Positions 1 through 16,001 of a stretch of 64,000 nucleotides of DNA are shown here, one piece after another. Location: assembly GCF_009914755.1 (NCBI RefSeq), contig NC_060937.1; one strand, given 5' to 3'. The notes beneath the pieces are model-generated. The model was given only the letters and a program-made list of their open reading frames with translations, searched no databases and was not told the origin of the DNA. The translations under genes and the position numbers were made by a program. Positions within the stretch are counted from its first letter, which is position 1, and each line of letters starts with the position of its first letter. The DNA comes from the human T2T-CHM13v2.0 reference genome, Homo sapiens.

Positions 1-44
1 TTTGTCTTTAGGAGGAAAATGTAAAGTTTTAGAGCCACAGAGGG

Positions 45-165
45 TTACAGTGGTACTGAACCTTGAAGGCCACCTGGTTTAATCACCGTAGTCTACAGAG
101 GAGGAAACTAAGATCCAGCAGTGTCTAGCAACTTACCTAAGATCTCACCACTAGTTAGTAGCAGG
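45..165. mobile_element. MIR SINE fragment
   Basis: MIR core-like 'acagaggaggaaactaagatccagca...aacttacctaagatctcac'. Confidence 0.55.
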
Positions 166-822
166 GATAGAACTGGAAAATAATCTGCTGTCTCCTTTCC
201 ATTGATCTGTGCTGTTCCCTTGCTCTCCTTGTGTAAATGCTGAAGCGGATCATCATGAGCCCAGGATGAGCAAGGGAGGCCCGTTCTGAAAGTTCAATCT
301 CAAGACTGAACACACTCAAAAAATGCTTATGAGACATTTGGTGGGCTATTTGGTAAATATTGAGTAATTGGCTCTAAGTATATAACAAGACAGGCTTTAT
401 TGTCTTTTTAATTTTTTACTTGCCCAGGTGATAAATTGAATATGTATCTGGTATGATCTGAAAGCTGGAGACACTATGTCAAACATTTAAGACAATCTTC
501 TCACCGTATTCTATTTTTAAAACAATACAACAGTACTTGAAAATAATTTCTAAAGTCTCGATTATAAATGTTGTCTGTGTTCATGTATCTCATTCAATAA
601 ACCACCACTACATACAATGTACTGGGCTACATGGACTTTTTCAACAACTAGAACCCTGCAAATATGGAACTAGGCTGCCCCATAAGTTAGTGAAGTGGAG
701 AACTGACAACTAGTGGATTAGTGAATTCTTACCAGAAATATGCACAGGGAATTCCTACAGAGGTCAAAGGATGGGACTTGATGACATCTGGTGTCCTTGT
801 CCTTTCTAATCCTAAGATTAGA

Positions 823-966
823 TTGTTTTTGTTTTGTTGTTTTGTTTTAGAGAGTCTTGCTATGTTAACTAGGCTGGACTTGAACCTTGAACTCCTGGGC
901 TCAAAGGACCTCCCACCTCAGCCTTCCAAGCAGCTGGAACCATAGGTGCGCACCATCATGGCTGGC
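823..966 (-). mobile_element. FLAM / Alu monomer
   Basis: 'ttgaactcctgggctcaa...ctcccacctcagcc' with T-rich tail. Confidence 0.8.
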
Positions 967-1459
967 TGGATGAGAGACCTGTATTCTATAATTTGTGTGA
1001 TGCCCCTATTAAAGTAGCTTGTTTGGGGAGCGAGTAGTAACCATTTACACAAAGAGATACAACATGTTCTTCTCTCCCCTTTTTCTTCTAAGTCAAAGTT
1101 CAGTCTCTATTTACAGCCAACCCCCGAAGGCTCAACATATCAGAGAATAAGGCATAGTGAGCCCTTAGGGAAAGTCTCCATGGAACTCTCATCTTAGGGA
1201 CCCCTCTTCACGAATGAAAAGACATGCTTTGCGGGAATCACAGCAACTTCCTGCTGGCCGTGCACGTCCTGCCTATTTCTGTTCTCTTCTCTCCAGCTGT
1301 CTTCCATTTCAATCACACACTTGTCTCTGTTACTGATACCCCCTCCCACTCCGGGTTTATTAGTAGCTACGTTCTCAGCCCAACGGTGAAAGAGAAGCAA
1401 GTGGACAATTTTGGGACCTGGAAAGTTATTCATCCACAGCCGACGTGCTGGTTCACGTT

Positions 1460-1870
1460 AACGCCAGCCAACAAATGCATGAGCCCCTACTGCGGGCCCG
1501 GCTCTGAGATAGGTGCTGGGGAAAGTGAAGGAGACACAGTTCCTGCTCTTCCAGGCTAGAGGGGGAAAGGAGACGAGAAAGGAGAGGTTACAGGAAAGCC
1601 CGAGAGCATGAGCACGGAAAAGGGTAAAGTCCTAGCCTCACAGAGGATTAGAAGCCACTCTGAGCCAAATGATTTCACTGTGACCTGAAGGAAAAGGGGA
1701 GGAGAATTTCCAGGCAGGGGAAAGACAGATCCAAAGGTCCAGAACAACGGGAGTTCAGGGAATTCAAGGAACTGAAAGAGTAAGGCATGTTGGAGTGACT
1801 GTCTCGAGATGACTCAAGCGAGGAAGGCAGGAGTTAGACCACCAGTGGAGGGGCTTGTCACAGAACTCCA
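1460..1870. mobile_element. L2 LINE fragment
   Basis: L2-like 'acaaatgcatgagcccctactgcgggcccggctctg', 'ttccaggcagggg...ccaaaggtcc'. Confidence 0.5.
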
Positions 1871-1905
1871 AGAAGTGCTCACCAGAACTTCAGCTCTGAC
1901 TTATG

Positions 1906-1963
1906 GATATATATGTGTGTGTGTGTGTATATATATAACATACACACACATGTATATATACAC

Positions 1964-2008
<45 letters not shown>
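1906..2008. repeat. compound (TG)n/(TA)n/(CA)n microsatellite at an Alu tail
   Basis: directly visible. Confidence 0.95.
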
Positions 2009-2306
<298 letters not shown>

Positions 2307-2638
2307 TTTTTTTTCTCTTTTAAACAGAGACAGAGTCTCACTCTTGTCACCAGCCTGGAGTGCAGGGGCGCCATCACAGCTCACTGCAGCCTCAGCCTCT
2401 GGGGCTCAATCATCATGGCTCACTGCAGCCTCAGTCTTCCCGCCTCAGCCTCCCAAGTAGCTGGGACTACAAGGCGCATGCCACCACACTCAGCTATTTT
2501 TTTTTTTTTTTTTTTTTTTGGTAGAGATAGAGTCTGCTTTATTGCCCAGGCTGGTCTCGAACTCCTGCAGTCAAGCGATCCTCCAGCCTCAGCCTCTCAA
2601 AGTGTTGGGACTACAGGTGTCAGCCACTGTGCCCAGCC
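2307..2638 (-). mobile_element. AluJ with internal 24-bp duplication
   Basis: J-type 'gctcactgcagcctc', expanded mid T-tract. Confidence 0.9.
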
Positions 2639-2954
2639 TATGGATATATTCTTCAGTGCTGAAGAAATTATTTCCCAGCCTGTTAAATGGCTTCTCAGTT
2701 TTGCTTTGAGTAATCAAAAACCACTATTTGCTGAGCACACTCTAGAAGCAGATATGGTAGTACTAGGCCATGGGAGAAAATCCAGTGATAGCAAGCAGCC
2801 CTCCCACTACAGAGCTCATAAAATGAGGTTCTTTCTTTTTCAAACTCCAGATACTGATAACAAATACATTCAAAAACCAACAGACAAAAAATAAAAGGCT
2901 AAAAGAAACTCATCATCAACTCCTTTAGACCAAATTTTAAAATATAGTGCGATA

Positions 2955-3729
<775 letters not shown>

Positions 3730-3797
3730 TCAAGGGTCTCTCTTTGGGCATTGGGTTCCTCCCTAGAACTTCCGTGTGTATTACTAACAACACAATT

Positions 3798-3956
3798 GAG
3801 AGCACTAGGAAAAATAGCTAATGCATGCTGAGCTTAAGACCTAGGTGATGGGTTAATAGATGCAACAAACCACCATGGCACACATTTACCTGTGTAACAA
3901 ACCTACACATCCTGCACATGTACCCCAGAACTAAAAATTAAAATTAAAAAAGAAAT
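3798..3956 (+). mobile_element. L1PA (older) 3' end
   Basis: 'gcaacaaaccaccatggcacacatttacctgtgtaacaaacct...gtaccccagaact' plus A-rich tail. Confidence 0.88.
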
Positions 3957-4159
3957 AACATGGTCTAACAAGGGCTGAGGAAGAGATGCGCCTCGGGTGC
4001 CTCAGGCAGCCTGCATGCCAAGTGATGAGGATGGGGGGCCAGGGAACAGCTCCGCCCTCGGCCGCTCACCACCCCAGGATCCTTCAGTCTAGGCTGAGTA
4101 GTAATAGCAAATCCCATTCACATCATATTTCATTAGGCTCTCACGTGCCTTATTCAGCT

Positions 4160-4345
4160 GACCTCTAATGAGAGCATGCATGAGAATCACCCAGAAGGGC
4201 TACGGGAACCGAGGGCTGAGGACCGGGTGCCGTCCCCAGAGCTCTGACTCGGCAGGTCAGGGCGGGACTGAGAATTGCATTTCTCACAGGTTCCTGGGCC
4301 CTGCTATGCTGCTGGTTCAGGGACCACATCTGGAGAATCACCGGT
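4160..4345. mobile_element. MER5A (hAT-Charlie)
   Basis: 'gagaatcaccc...gagaattgcatttctcacaggttcc...gggaccacatctggagaatcac'. Confidence 0.8.
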
Positions 4346-4493
4346 GAACTCATTTCACAGAAAACCTTCAAAGGCCAGCTCTGCCGCCAGGCTGTTAAGC
4401 TTCGGAGGGAACAAACCCCTGCCCTGAAGGGGCTCGCCCACAGTGAAGGAAACAGAAATAAAAAATAAAGTATTAGAATGTAATGCAATAGAA

Positions 4494-5036
4494 CAGCGGT
4501 CCCCAACCTTTTTGGCACCAGGGACCGGTTTCGTGGAAGACAGTTTTTCCACGGACGGGGGTCGCAGGGTAGTTTCAGGATGATTCAAATGCATTATATT
4601 TATTGTGCAGGTTATTTGTATTATGATTACATTGCAATATATAATGAAATAATTATACAACTCACCATAACGTAGAATCAGTGGGAGCCCTGAGCTTGTT
4701 TTACTGAAACTAGACGGTCCCATCTGGGGGTGATGGGAGACAGTGACAGATCATCAAGAGTGACAGATCATCAGGCATTAGATTCTGATAAGGAGGAGGG
4801 AACCCAGATCCCTCGTATGTGCAGTTTGCAATAGGGTTCGTGCTCCTATGAGAATCTAATGCCCAGCTGATCTGACAGGAGGCGGAGCTCAGGTGGTGAT
4901 GTGAGCCATGGGGAGCAGCTGCAGATACAGATGAAGCTTCACTCACCTGCCTGCCACTCACCTCCTGCTGTACGGCCTAGTTCCTAACAGGCCACAGACT
5001 GGTACCAGCCCATGGCCCAGGGGTTGGGGACCCCTG
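4494..5036 (+). mobile_element. MER1A (hAT-Charlie)
   Basis: TIRs cagcggtccccaacc / ggttggggacccctg, 8-bp TSD caatagaa/caataaaa, MER1A internal sequence. Confidence 0.92.
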
Positions 5037-6339
5037 CAATAAAACAAAGTCTCAAATGGAGGTTAGAGGAGGCTGCTATGAGCACAGAGCGGAGAAATAG
5101 GCCCACCTCAGTCAGGGAAGATAAGAACAGGTTAGCCACGGCTTCTAGCAGGGAAGAGAGTAAGAGAACAAATCCAAGAAGAAGCTGTGTATTCAGAAAC
5201 AGCAGGGAGGCCTGCAAGGGCAATGGCCCTGTCTCAGTGAAACTGGGGAGGAAACCCATATGTAGAAACGGATGGGGAGAAGAGAATGGAAAAGGCAAGT
5301 AGAGATTGATAAGTGCTCCAAGGAGGAGAGAGACCTGGTAAGATCTGCCTTTTGGGAAGCTCATTCCAGGGGGTAGGGTGGAGGAAGATGGGGGTGGGGC
5401 AGGCGTGGAGCCAGGCTGGAGGAGGCTGTTCTGTGCTGCAGGTGCCAGAGGGAGGCTTGAGCCCAGAAGAGGCGGTGGGTGGAGGGCCTGAGCCTAATGG
5501 GATCTCAGGGATCTGCCAGTATACGTCTCACATCTTGGTGGAGAGGAGGGTTCAAAACTTGCAGGTCTCTTGTGTTTTGGCTTCACAGACAGAGTGAATT
5601 GGCTCCTCTCTGCTAAGGAGTCAAGGACACACATGCTGGTGCCACACAGAGGAGGAAACCTATAAGCCAGGAAGTAGGAGCACACACCCAGTGCTGTCCC
5701 ACAACTCGGATCAGAGGATCAGACGGCAGCAGCTCCCTGCCAGGGATTAAGAGCCCACCCCTGCCCCCTGCTGCCTGCTCCCTTGCACTCTACATATTTG
5801 TAGGGATGGGGTCAGGGGACATCCCTGTGATTATGGAAGCTCCCTGGTTGGGAGAAATAACCTTGGTTCAAAAGGGGAGCACCTGGTCCCCAGAGACTGT
5901 AACCAGCCCGGCCTCCTGGGGACCTGGGCAGATCTGCTGAGCCTGATCTCCGCTAAGTTCAAGAGAGGGGAGATGAGGCTCTGCAACCACCATCAGATGC
6001 CCCAGCCAATTCTCGGAGACAGAGAGAGCCAGGAGTTTTGCCAGCCCACCTCAGCTGTGCTGACTGAGCACTGGCCACCAGTGGGCTTCTCTGCTGCTCC
6101 CCAAGGGAGGGAAGTGGCCAGCAGGGTTTGAAAGAGTTTCAGTGCTGTTTGCCCCAATGGCCTCTGGGCCCCTGGTGAGGGTGACTGGCTTGGAGCTCCA
6201 GGAAGGTGGCAAGGGCTCCATTCCCACCTCATCCTCCAGCTGCCTTTCTCTGGGTGGCGTCTCAGTGAAGCCAGCCTGGGGTCTATCCTCATGTGCTCTC
6301 ATGATCCCAAGCCCACCTGCATGGGTCGAGGGTCCCTGC

Positions 6340-6425
6340 ATCTCTCTCTCTCTCTCTGTCTCTCTCTGTCCCTCTCTCTCCCTCTTTCCCTCTCTCTCTC
6401 TCTCTCCCTCACCCTCTCTCCCTGT
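6340..6425. repeat. (TC)n-rich simple repeat
   Basis: directly visible. Confidence 0.9.
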
Positions 6426-6432
6426 CGGGACT

Positions 6433-6480
6433 TGAGCACCATGGCTCTGCTGTGATGAGCACCATGGCTCTGCTGTGATG
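6433..6480. repeat. perfect 23-bp tandem duplication
   Basis: tgagcaccatggctctgctgtga x2. Confidence 0.95.
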
Positions 6481-6779
6481 TGACTTATGATTGATGCTGC
6501 CCCTGAGCGTGCTGGGTGGTCTTCTATGCTTGTCACAAATCTCTGCCATCTAATTCCACCCCCATCGCCCAGATTGCTTCCTTCCGTGTGCCACTCCCCT
6601 TCTGGGCACTTGTGGTGATAGGACATATGAGGGGAGGAGCTGGTTTGGGAGGCGCAAAGGCATGATAAACTCGATTTTGAATGTGTCAAATATGACTTAC
6701 AGGCAGGTTGACAGGATAGAGATGGATTGTCGGCATTTGGTTAGACGTGTGTGGAGCTCAAGAGGGGAGCCTGAGCTGG

Positions 6780-7147
6780 TGTCTTAGTCTGTTCAGGCTG
6801 CTATAACAAAATGCCTTAGATCGGGTAACTCATAGACAACAGAAATGTATTTCCCACGGTTCTGGAGGGTGGGAAGTAAGTCCAAGGTCAAGGTGCTGAT
6901 GGATTTGGTGTCCGGTGAGGGCTGCTTTCTGATTCACAGGTGAGTCTTCTCTCTGTGTCCTCACGTGGTGGCAGAAGTGAGGCAGCTCTCCGGAGCCTTC
7001 TGTATAAGGGCACTAATCCCATTAATGGGGGCTCCACCCTCAAGATCTAATCACCTCCCGAAGGCCCCACCTCCCAACGCCATCACCTTGGGCATTTGGA
7101 TTTCAACGTGTGAATTTTGGAGGGACACAGATATTCAGACCATAGCA
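6780..7147 (-). mobile_element. MaLR solo LTR (MLT1A/MSTD-like)
   Basis: tgtcttagtctgttcaggctgctataacaaaa ... attcagaccatagca. Confidence 0.88.
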
Positions 7148-7609
7148 GCTGTGGGTGAAGATTCAAAGACTCAGAAACAGATGGGACCTCCCAGGCAGTG
7201 TGTGAAGGGCAAGGCTGGAACCCTGAACACCAGTGACAAGTAGGAGATGGAGAGAGAAAGGAGGATGCTACCATGTGGATGAAAAGGGGCTTTAACACAT
7301 ATTGCTCAGGTGGCCTCACTATGAAATAACAGGACAGATGAAGTCACTGAGTCTCGGGGGCACCTTCACAATCTCTCACAGCTGTTAGTGGCAGAGCCAG
7401 GTCTCCAAGTTCAGAATTTTTCTCCCTACATTTGTTCACTTATTCATTCAACAGTCACTGATTGTGCTCTTTTCTGTGTGTGTACAGGGTCTTGTGTTCA
7501 TACCATGAGCAGCATAGCAGGGACCCAAGCAAGACTGGGAGGAGAGGCGGGATGCAGACAAGTTGGGAACCAGCCACGCCTCTCCTCCTAGCAGGGGAGT
7601 TGCTCTAAT

Positions 7610-8159
7610 AGGTTTTAATTTTATTCAGCTTTGGTGAGGCCAATAGATCAGATGATGACTCTCACTGAAGAGAGAGTTTCTTACTCTCAGATCTAAGAGA
7701 AGTGGGCACGCCACGCCATGCAGGGACACCCGGGGCAGCACGAGGGCTGGTCAAGAGGCAGAGGGAGAAGAGAACGTGGCCAGAGCCCTTATTATGGTTT
7801 CCACAGGAAAGAGTGGGCAAGGCAGGGTTAGCTAGCTCAGGACTGGCTAGTTTAAATCATTTCAGCAGGCTCTGGGGCATACAGGCTGTTCCTATTTGTC
7901 AGATACCTGGTCCTGGGTGATTAGGGCAGGGGGATAGTGGCCTGGAGTGTGAGAGCCAGATAAGGGAATTGGTTGGGATGCGAGCTCTGGGTTGGTTTTC
8001 ATTTGAAAAGCATATCACCCGGAGGACTCCTTCCAGGGGGAGGGGGACAGTGAGGGAGACATATTATTGGGTTGCACAGAGCAAGGTGTGTCCTGCAGAT
8101 GCACGCGGGGCAGATGTTAAAGCATCAGGTTTACAGAAAGGAGAAACATGGTTAATACA
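7610..8159 (-). mobile_element. ERVL-type solo LTR (MER76/MER77-like)
   Basis: minus strand begins tgtattaaccatgtttc; family assigned from recall. Confidence 0.65.
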
Positions 8160-8516
8160 GAAGCAGAAAAGGAATGCAAAACAGAGAACAACTGCAAAGG
8201 TGCACATGCGGAAACACAGGTTGATGTCCTGCCAACCCTACTGTGGATGGTCTGTGGACCAGCAGCACCTGGGACTTAGAGAGGCAGCGTCTCAACCCCT
8301 CACCCCAGACTGAACGAATCTGAATCTGCAACACCCTCAGGTAACCCATATGTATCTTAAGCCATGATAAGTACTGGCATCAGCTGCAGACAGGCCCGTG
8401 GACAGATGGAGGAGGAGGAGGAAAACGTGTGGTTCGTTAGGGAGGCTTCTTGGAGGAGTCCTCTAACAATGAAAGCCAGCTTTCATGTGAAAAGAAATGA
8501 GATCTTTTGCCTAAAA

Positions 8517-9018
<502 letters not shown>

Positions 9019-9243
9019 GCCTTTGCCATACGGAAGATATAATGTGCTGTACCAGGACCAGAGAACAGAGAAACAGAGGAATCAGATGGTTTGAGAGCAA
9101 GACCAGGAGTGTGCAGGTCTGCCCGGTGGGTGGGGTGAACAGGGAGGGTGCGCCTAGGATCCTTCTCCCCTCCCATCCCCATTTGGCTTCCTGGGCCACG
9201 TTCCTCAGCGCTTCGTTGGTTCTTACCCGGATGCTTGTATTCT

Positions 9244-9270
9244 GCTTCCCCCTAGTGGTGACTTGCAGTA
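9244..9270 (-). promoter_or_regulatory. candidate CTCF site
   Basis: minus strand CTGCAAGTCACCACTAGGGGGAAGC; one core mismatch versus CCASYAGRKGGCRS. Confidence 0.4.
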
Positions 9271-9622
9271 TGGCACAGCTGTCGCTGGCGGTTTCATTAA
9301 GGTTCCGCGTTCATCACTAACTTGTGACAGTGAGTTACAGCCTGTGGTCTCGACAGGTGGGATCATCCTAAGAATCATGTCCTGTGAGCATCTTCGCCAT
9401 GTGACTTCAGGAGTTGCTCCCTCACAAGGAGCCTCAGGGAGTTATAGGTCACTGGCCAAGCACTGCCCTGGCACAGGGCTGCAACTGCAGCCTAAGTGGC
9501 TTCCTGTGCGTAAGGTTTAAGGAACTTTCATTTTATTAGCCAGTGGTTAAGTGCCTGTGAGAGCAATCATCAGCAGGTGCAGTGGTAGAAGATAACAAGC
9601 TTCCTAATAAATAGTGGCCACC

Positions 9623-9916
9623 GGCCGGGTGCAGTGGCTCATGCCTGTAATCCCAGCACTTTGGGAGGCCGAGGCAGGCAGATCACGAGGTCAGGAGTTC
9701 AAGAACAGCCTGGTCAACATGGTGAAACCGTATCTCTACTAAAAATATAAAAATTAGCCGGGTGTGGTGGCGGGTGCCTGTAATCCCAACTACTTGGGAG
9801 GCTGAGGCAGGGAAAATTGCTTGAACCTGGGAGGCAGAGGTTGCAGTGACCTGAGATCACACCACTGCACTCCAGTCTGGGTGACAGAGCAAGACTCCAT
9901 CTCGGGGGGAAAAAAA
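9623..9916 (+). mobile_element. AluS
   Basis: dimer; TSD agtggccacc on both sides. Confidence 0.95.
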
Positions 9917-10244
9917 GTGGCCACCACTTAAATCTTTGTAGCAAGAATGGGTTTTACTTAATTATCACATTTCATTCCAATGACAAGCCTGAAGGTATTA
10001 GGATTGTCAAATATTTTTATTGCAAATATGCATTACTAAGGCTATTTTTTAAAAAATACTTCGCTATATAAAGTCATATTCTTCTCTGAGATGGACATTT
10101 AGCAAAAATAAAGTCACAGACTTAACATTATAGTCATGAATAAATGTTTTAAAATTATGAGGGAGAAAGAACATTAACTAGAGAAAATGTTGCTACATCA
10201 CTTTCAAAATAAGCACATATTTTAAACAGACATGGTTTGCAGAA

Positions 10245-10350
10245 GAGGATTCTCATCTTACAGATAAGAAAACAAACCTGGAGACCTTAAGGAACTTGAT
10301 CAAGGTCACATAGCCAGTGACAGATGCAGGGTTTGAACCCACATTGGCTG
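10245..10350. mobile_element. MIR fragment
   Basis: 'ttacagataagaaaac...ttaaggaacttgatcaaggtcacatagc...gggtttgaaccc'. Confidence 0.75.
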
Positions 10351-10493
10351 GACAGCACTGTCTGTATGTACAGCTCCTCCCACATCCCCTGCAAGAGTCC
10401 AGGGGTTCTCACCTGCTCAAGGGTTTGCAACAGAGACTTCACTTGAATCCCTGATTGAGTCTCTGGTTCCTCCAAGCTCCCCTAGTTCCTCTT

Positions 10494-10852
10494 TGTATTA
10501 GTCCATCTTCACACTGCTAATAAAGACATACCCAAGACTGGGGAATTTATAAAGGAAGGAGGTTTAATGGACTCACAGTTCCACATGGCTAGGGAGGCCT
10601 CACAATCATGGTGGAAGGCGAAGGAGGAACGTCACATCCTACATGGTGGCAGGGAAGAGAAAACTTGTGCGGGGGAGCTCCTTCTTATAGAACCATCAGA
10701 TCTTGTGAGACTCACGATCACAAAAACAGCATGGGAATGACCCGCCCCCATGATTCAATTACCTCCCACCGGGTCCCTCCCACGACACATGGGAATTGTA
10801 GGAGCTATAATTCAAAATGAGATTTGAGTGGGGTCACAGCCAAACCATATCT
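10494..10852 (-). mobile_element. THE1 (B/C-type) MaLR solo LTR
   Basis: tgtattagtcc...cagccaaaccatatc; 5-bp TSD ctctt/ctctt. Confidence 0.93.
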
Positions 10853-11139
10853 CTCTTCTTTCCAGTTTCACATTGACTCAGACACTTCCTTCGGTAGAGC
10901 AGTCTCTGAAGGCCCTGTATTAGAGGAGAATGCCCTTGCCCAATCCTGGCAGAAAACCTCTCTCCACAGCTCACACCCAGAGCTGGGCTCAGGCCAGATG
11001 CGGAAGAGAGATAATGAGAGAAATAGGAAGCGTCTGAAGCTGGCAGCCATTGTGGTCCCCTGAGCTGGCTGGTTCCTTTTCTTCTCCCCTGAAGCTCCTG
11101 CCCACTGGGAGCCAGCTCCTGTCCACCCTACCCCAGTTT

Positions 11140-11330
11140 CAAGAGTTCCTAAAACTCTGGTGTGAACCAGAACCACTGGGAAACTTGTTAGAATGCAGAT
11201 CCCTTGGCTCCACCCTCAAAAATTCTGATTCAGGATAATCAAAAACGGGACCCAGGAATTTGCATTTTAAGCAAACAACCCACGTGAATTCTGCTGCATG
11301 GGGTCCTCAGAACACACGTTGAGAAATATT
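11140..11330. mobile_element. MER5-family fragment
   Basis: 'gaaacttgttagaatgcagat...caggaatttgcattttaa'. Confidence 0.7.
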
Positions 11331-11924
11331 CAATAGACACGCTATTCACATTCAAGAGTACCAATGAAGGCCCATAAGCTATGTTGAAATACTTAGAAGT
11401 TATCTATCAAGTGAATAAACTGTCAAATATATATACATAACTACATGGCAGGCTAGAATTCCTGGGCTCTATAGCCCAAGCCAGAAGGTAATGGGACAGC
11501 AAGAGCTAACCCCCAGCTGCCATCCTTCCCCTTTGTCTTCCCACTTTATGCCATGAGGAACTTGCTTCTTGAGCAAGAGGACACACCATCCATAAATTCA
11601 AGCACAGGCACTCTCCGTCCACCCTGTAACAGCTGCATCTTGACCACCTATTGGGCTAGAATGGACCCCAGAGAGGAAGCTGGCATTGACCCTGGAGGCA
11701 GAAAATTCCCAGGCACTCAGAGCATGGCCTAGATGGGGAAGAGTTTCCAGGAGGACGCATGCCCTTGACCTTGCAGACTCATAATTTTAAAACATTTATG
11801 ACTAACTATAATGTTAAATCTGTGACTCAGTGCGGACCTTGCCTGCACTGAGGGGAAGGGCAGCAGAGGATGGCCGGGGCAGAACCCTCTAAGCTGACAT
11901 TTCTCCAACATTCATGGGAATAGA

Positions 11925-12040
11925 AATTTCCTGGGATCTGAATCAGTAGGTCTAGGGCAGGGACCAAGATTCTGCGTTTCTAACAGCCTCCCAGGTAAAG
12001 CTGGTGAGGCTGGTCTTCAGACCACAGAATGAAGCAGCAA
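11925..12040. mobile_element. MER5A fragment
   Basis: 'tctgaatcagtaggtctagggcagggaccaagattctgcgtttctaaca'. Confidence 0.7.
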
Positions 12041-12291
12041 AGCTGTAAAGCAGGGGTCAGTACCAGGTAGTAAACTTTTAGTCTCTGAGGGCCATGTGGT
12101 TTCTGTGGCAATTATTCAACTCTGCTGTTGGGCATGAGAACAGCCACAGATGATATTTAAGAGAATGAGCATGGCTGTGTTCCAGGAAAACTTCATTTGT
12201 GAACACTGAAATTTGAATTTCAGATAATCTTCCTATGTTGCAAAATATTCTTCTTTTGGGTTCTTTCCATTATTTAAAAATGTAAAAACTC

Positions 12292-12586
<295 letters not shown>

Positions 12587-12588
12587 TC

Positions 12589-12810
12589 AATCATAACGTA
12601 ACTTAATTGTACATGTAAAAATAAAAGAGTATAATTGGATTGTTTGTAACACTAAGGATAAATGCTTGAGGGGATGGATACCCCATGTTACATGATGTGC
12701 TTATTTCACATCGCATGCCTGTATCAAAACGTCCCATGTACCCCATAAATATATACACCTACTATGTACCCACAACAATTACAAATTTAAAAATTTACAA
12801 AAGATTTTTA
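12589..12810 (+). mobile_element. L1MA1/2-type 3' end
   Basis: 'ggataaatgcttgaggggatggatacccc...gtaccccataaatatatacacctactatgtaccc'. Confidence 0.85.
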
Positions 12811-13208
12811 AAATGTAAAAAACATTTTTTACATAGGCTATACAGAAACAGGTCTGGATGGGGAGGTTAGATTTGGCCCAAAGTCTGTAGTTTGTTGACC
12901 CCTTCTCTAATATATATGGCCCAAGTCAGGCGCCGTGCACAGCTGGGTCTAAGAGCTGTGCTGATCTACAAAGCCCACATGAAGCTGCTGTGGCAGAAAG
13001 GGTCTAGAGCCTCACTGAGTCATGTCTTTTGGGGATAGATGGGTCTTCTAGGTGCCCATCAAATCACACCTTCTCGGGCTGCCTTCAGTGCACACCTATG
13101 AGACCAATCTTGCTGATCCAGGGCAGGAAGTCTAGTCCAGATCCACCCTGCTGTGTTACCCAGGAGCTCAGATTCAGTCTCAGAACCATCTGGATTGTTT
13201 TATTCTCA

Positions 13209-13562
<354 letters not shown>

Positions 13563-13865
13563 TTAAACATCACGAATTTAATGTGAGGCCAACATTCTTA
13601 CTGGTGAGAAATGATTCTCCATCGTTCTTGGGAGAAAGTGACGCTGCCCGTCCTCAGGCCTGGGAGCTGCTGAGGAGGGGAGAGTGAGGAGGTTGGTTTA
13701 TGTAAAAGGTGTGGCACTGCCACTCTGTGCAGATTCCTGGAGGATTCACCTGACTACTTATTGATTTTTCATTGAACAGCTTTCTCCTCGTTCAGACTGT
13801 GGGCTCTCTGAGAAGATGGGGAAACATTATTTGGGAGATTTACCCTTAGGGTGAAAATTATCTAA

Positions 13866-14880
<1,015 letters not shown>

Positions 14881-15065
14881 GGCTATCATTCTGTTCAGAT
14901 ACTTCTTGACTGGTCTTTCTACTTCTAATTTGTTCCATGTAGAATCTATCCTAAACACTACTTCCCTAATCTTTCTTAAAGGAAAATATTGGTAAAATAT
15001 TTCATAGTCTGTCATTATGAATAATTTTATATGTCATTCCCCTGAAAAGAGGTGTTACAAGGTCA

Positions 15066-16001
<936 letters not shown>

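Noticed and set aside
2415-2894. 159-aa ORF and the many similar ORFs with [12 protein letters not shown] / [12 protein letters not shown] motifs
   Set aside because: These are translations of Alu sequence, not genes
6051-6689. Longest ORF (212 aa, minus strand)
   Set aside because: Runs through a (GA)n simple repeat (EREREG), has no recognisable domain and no evident splice context
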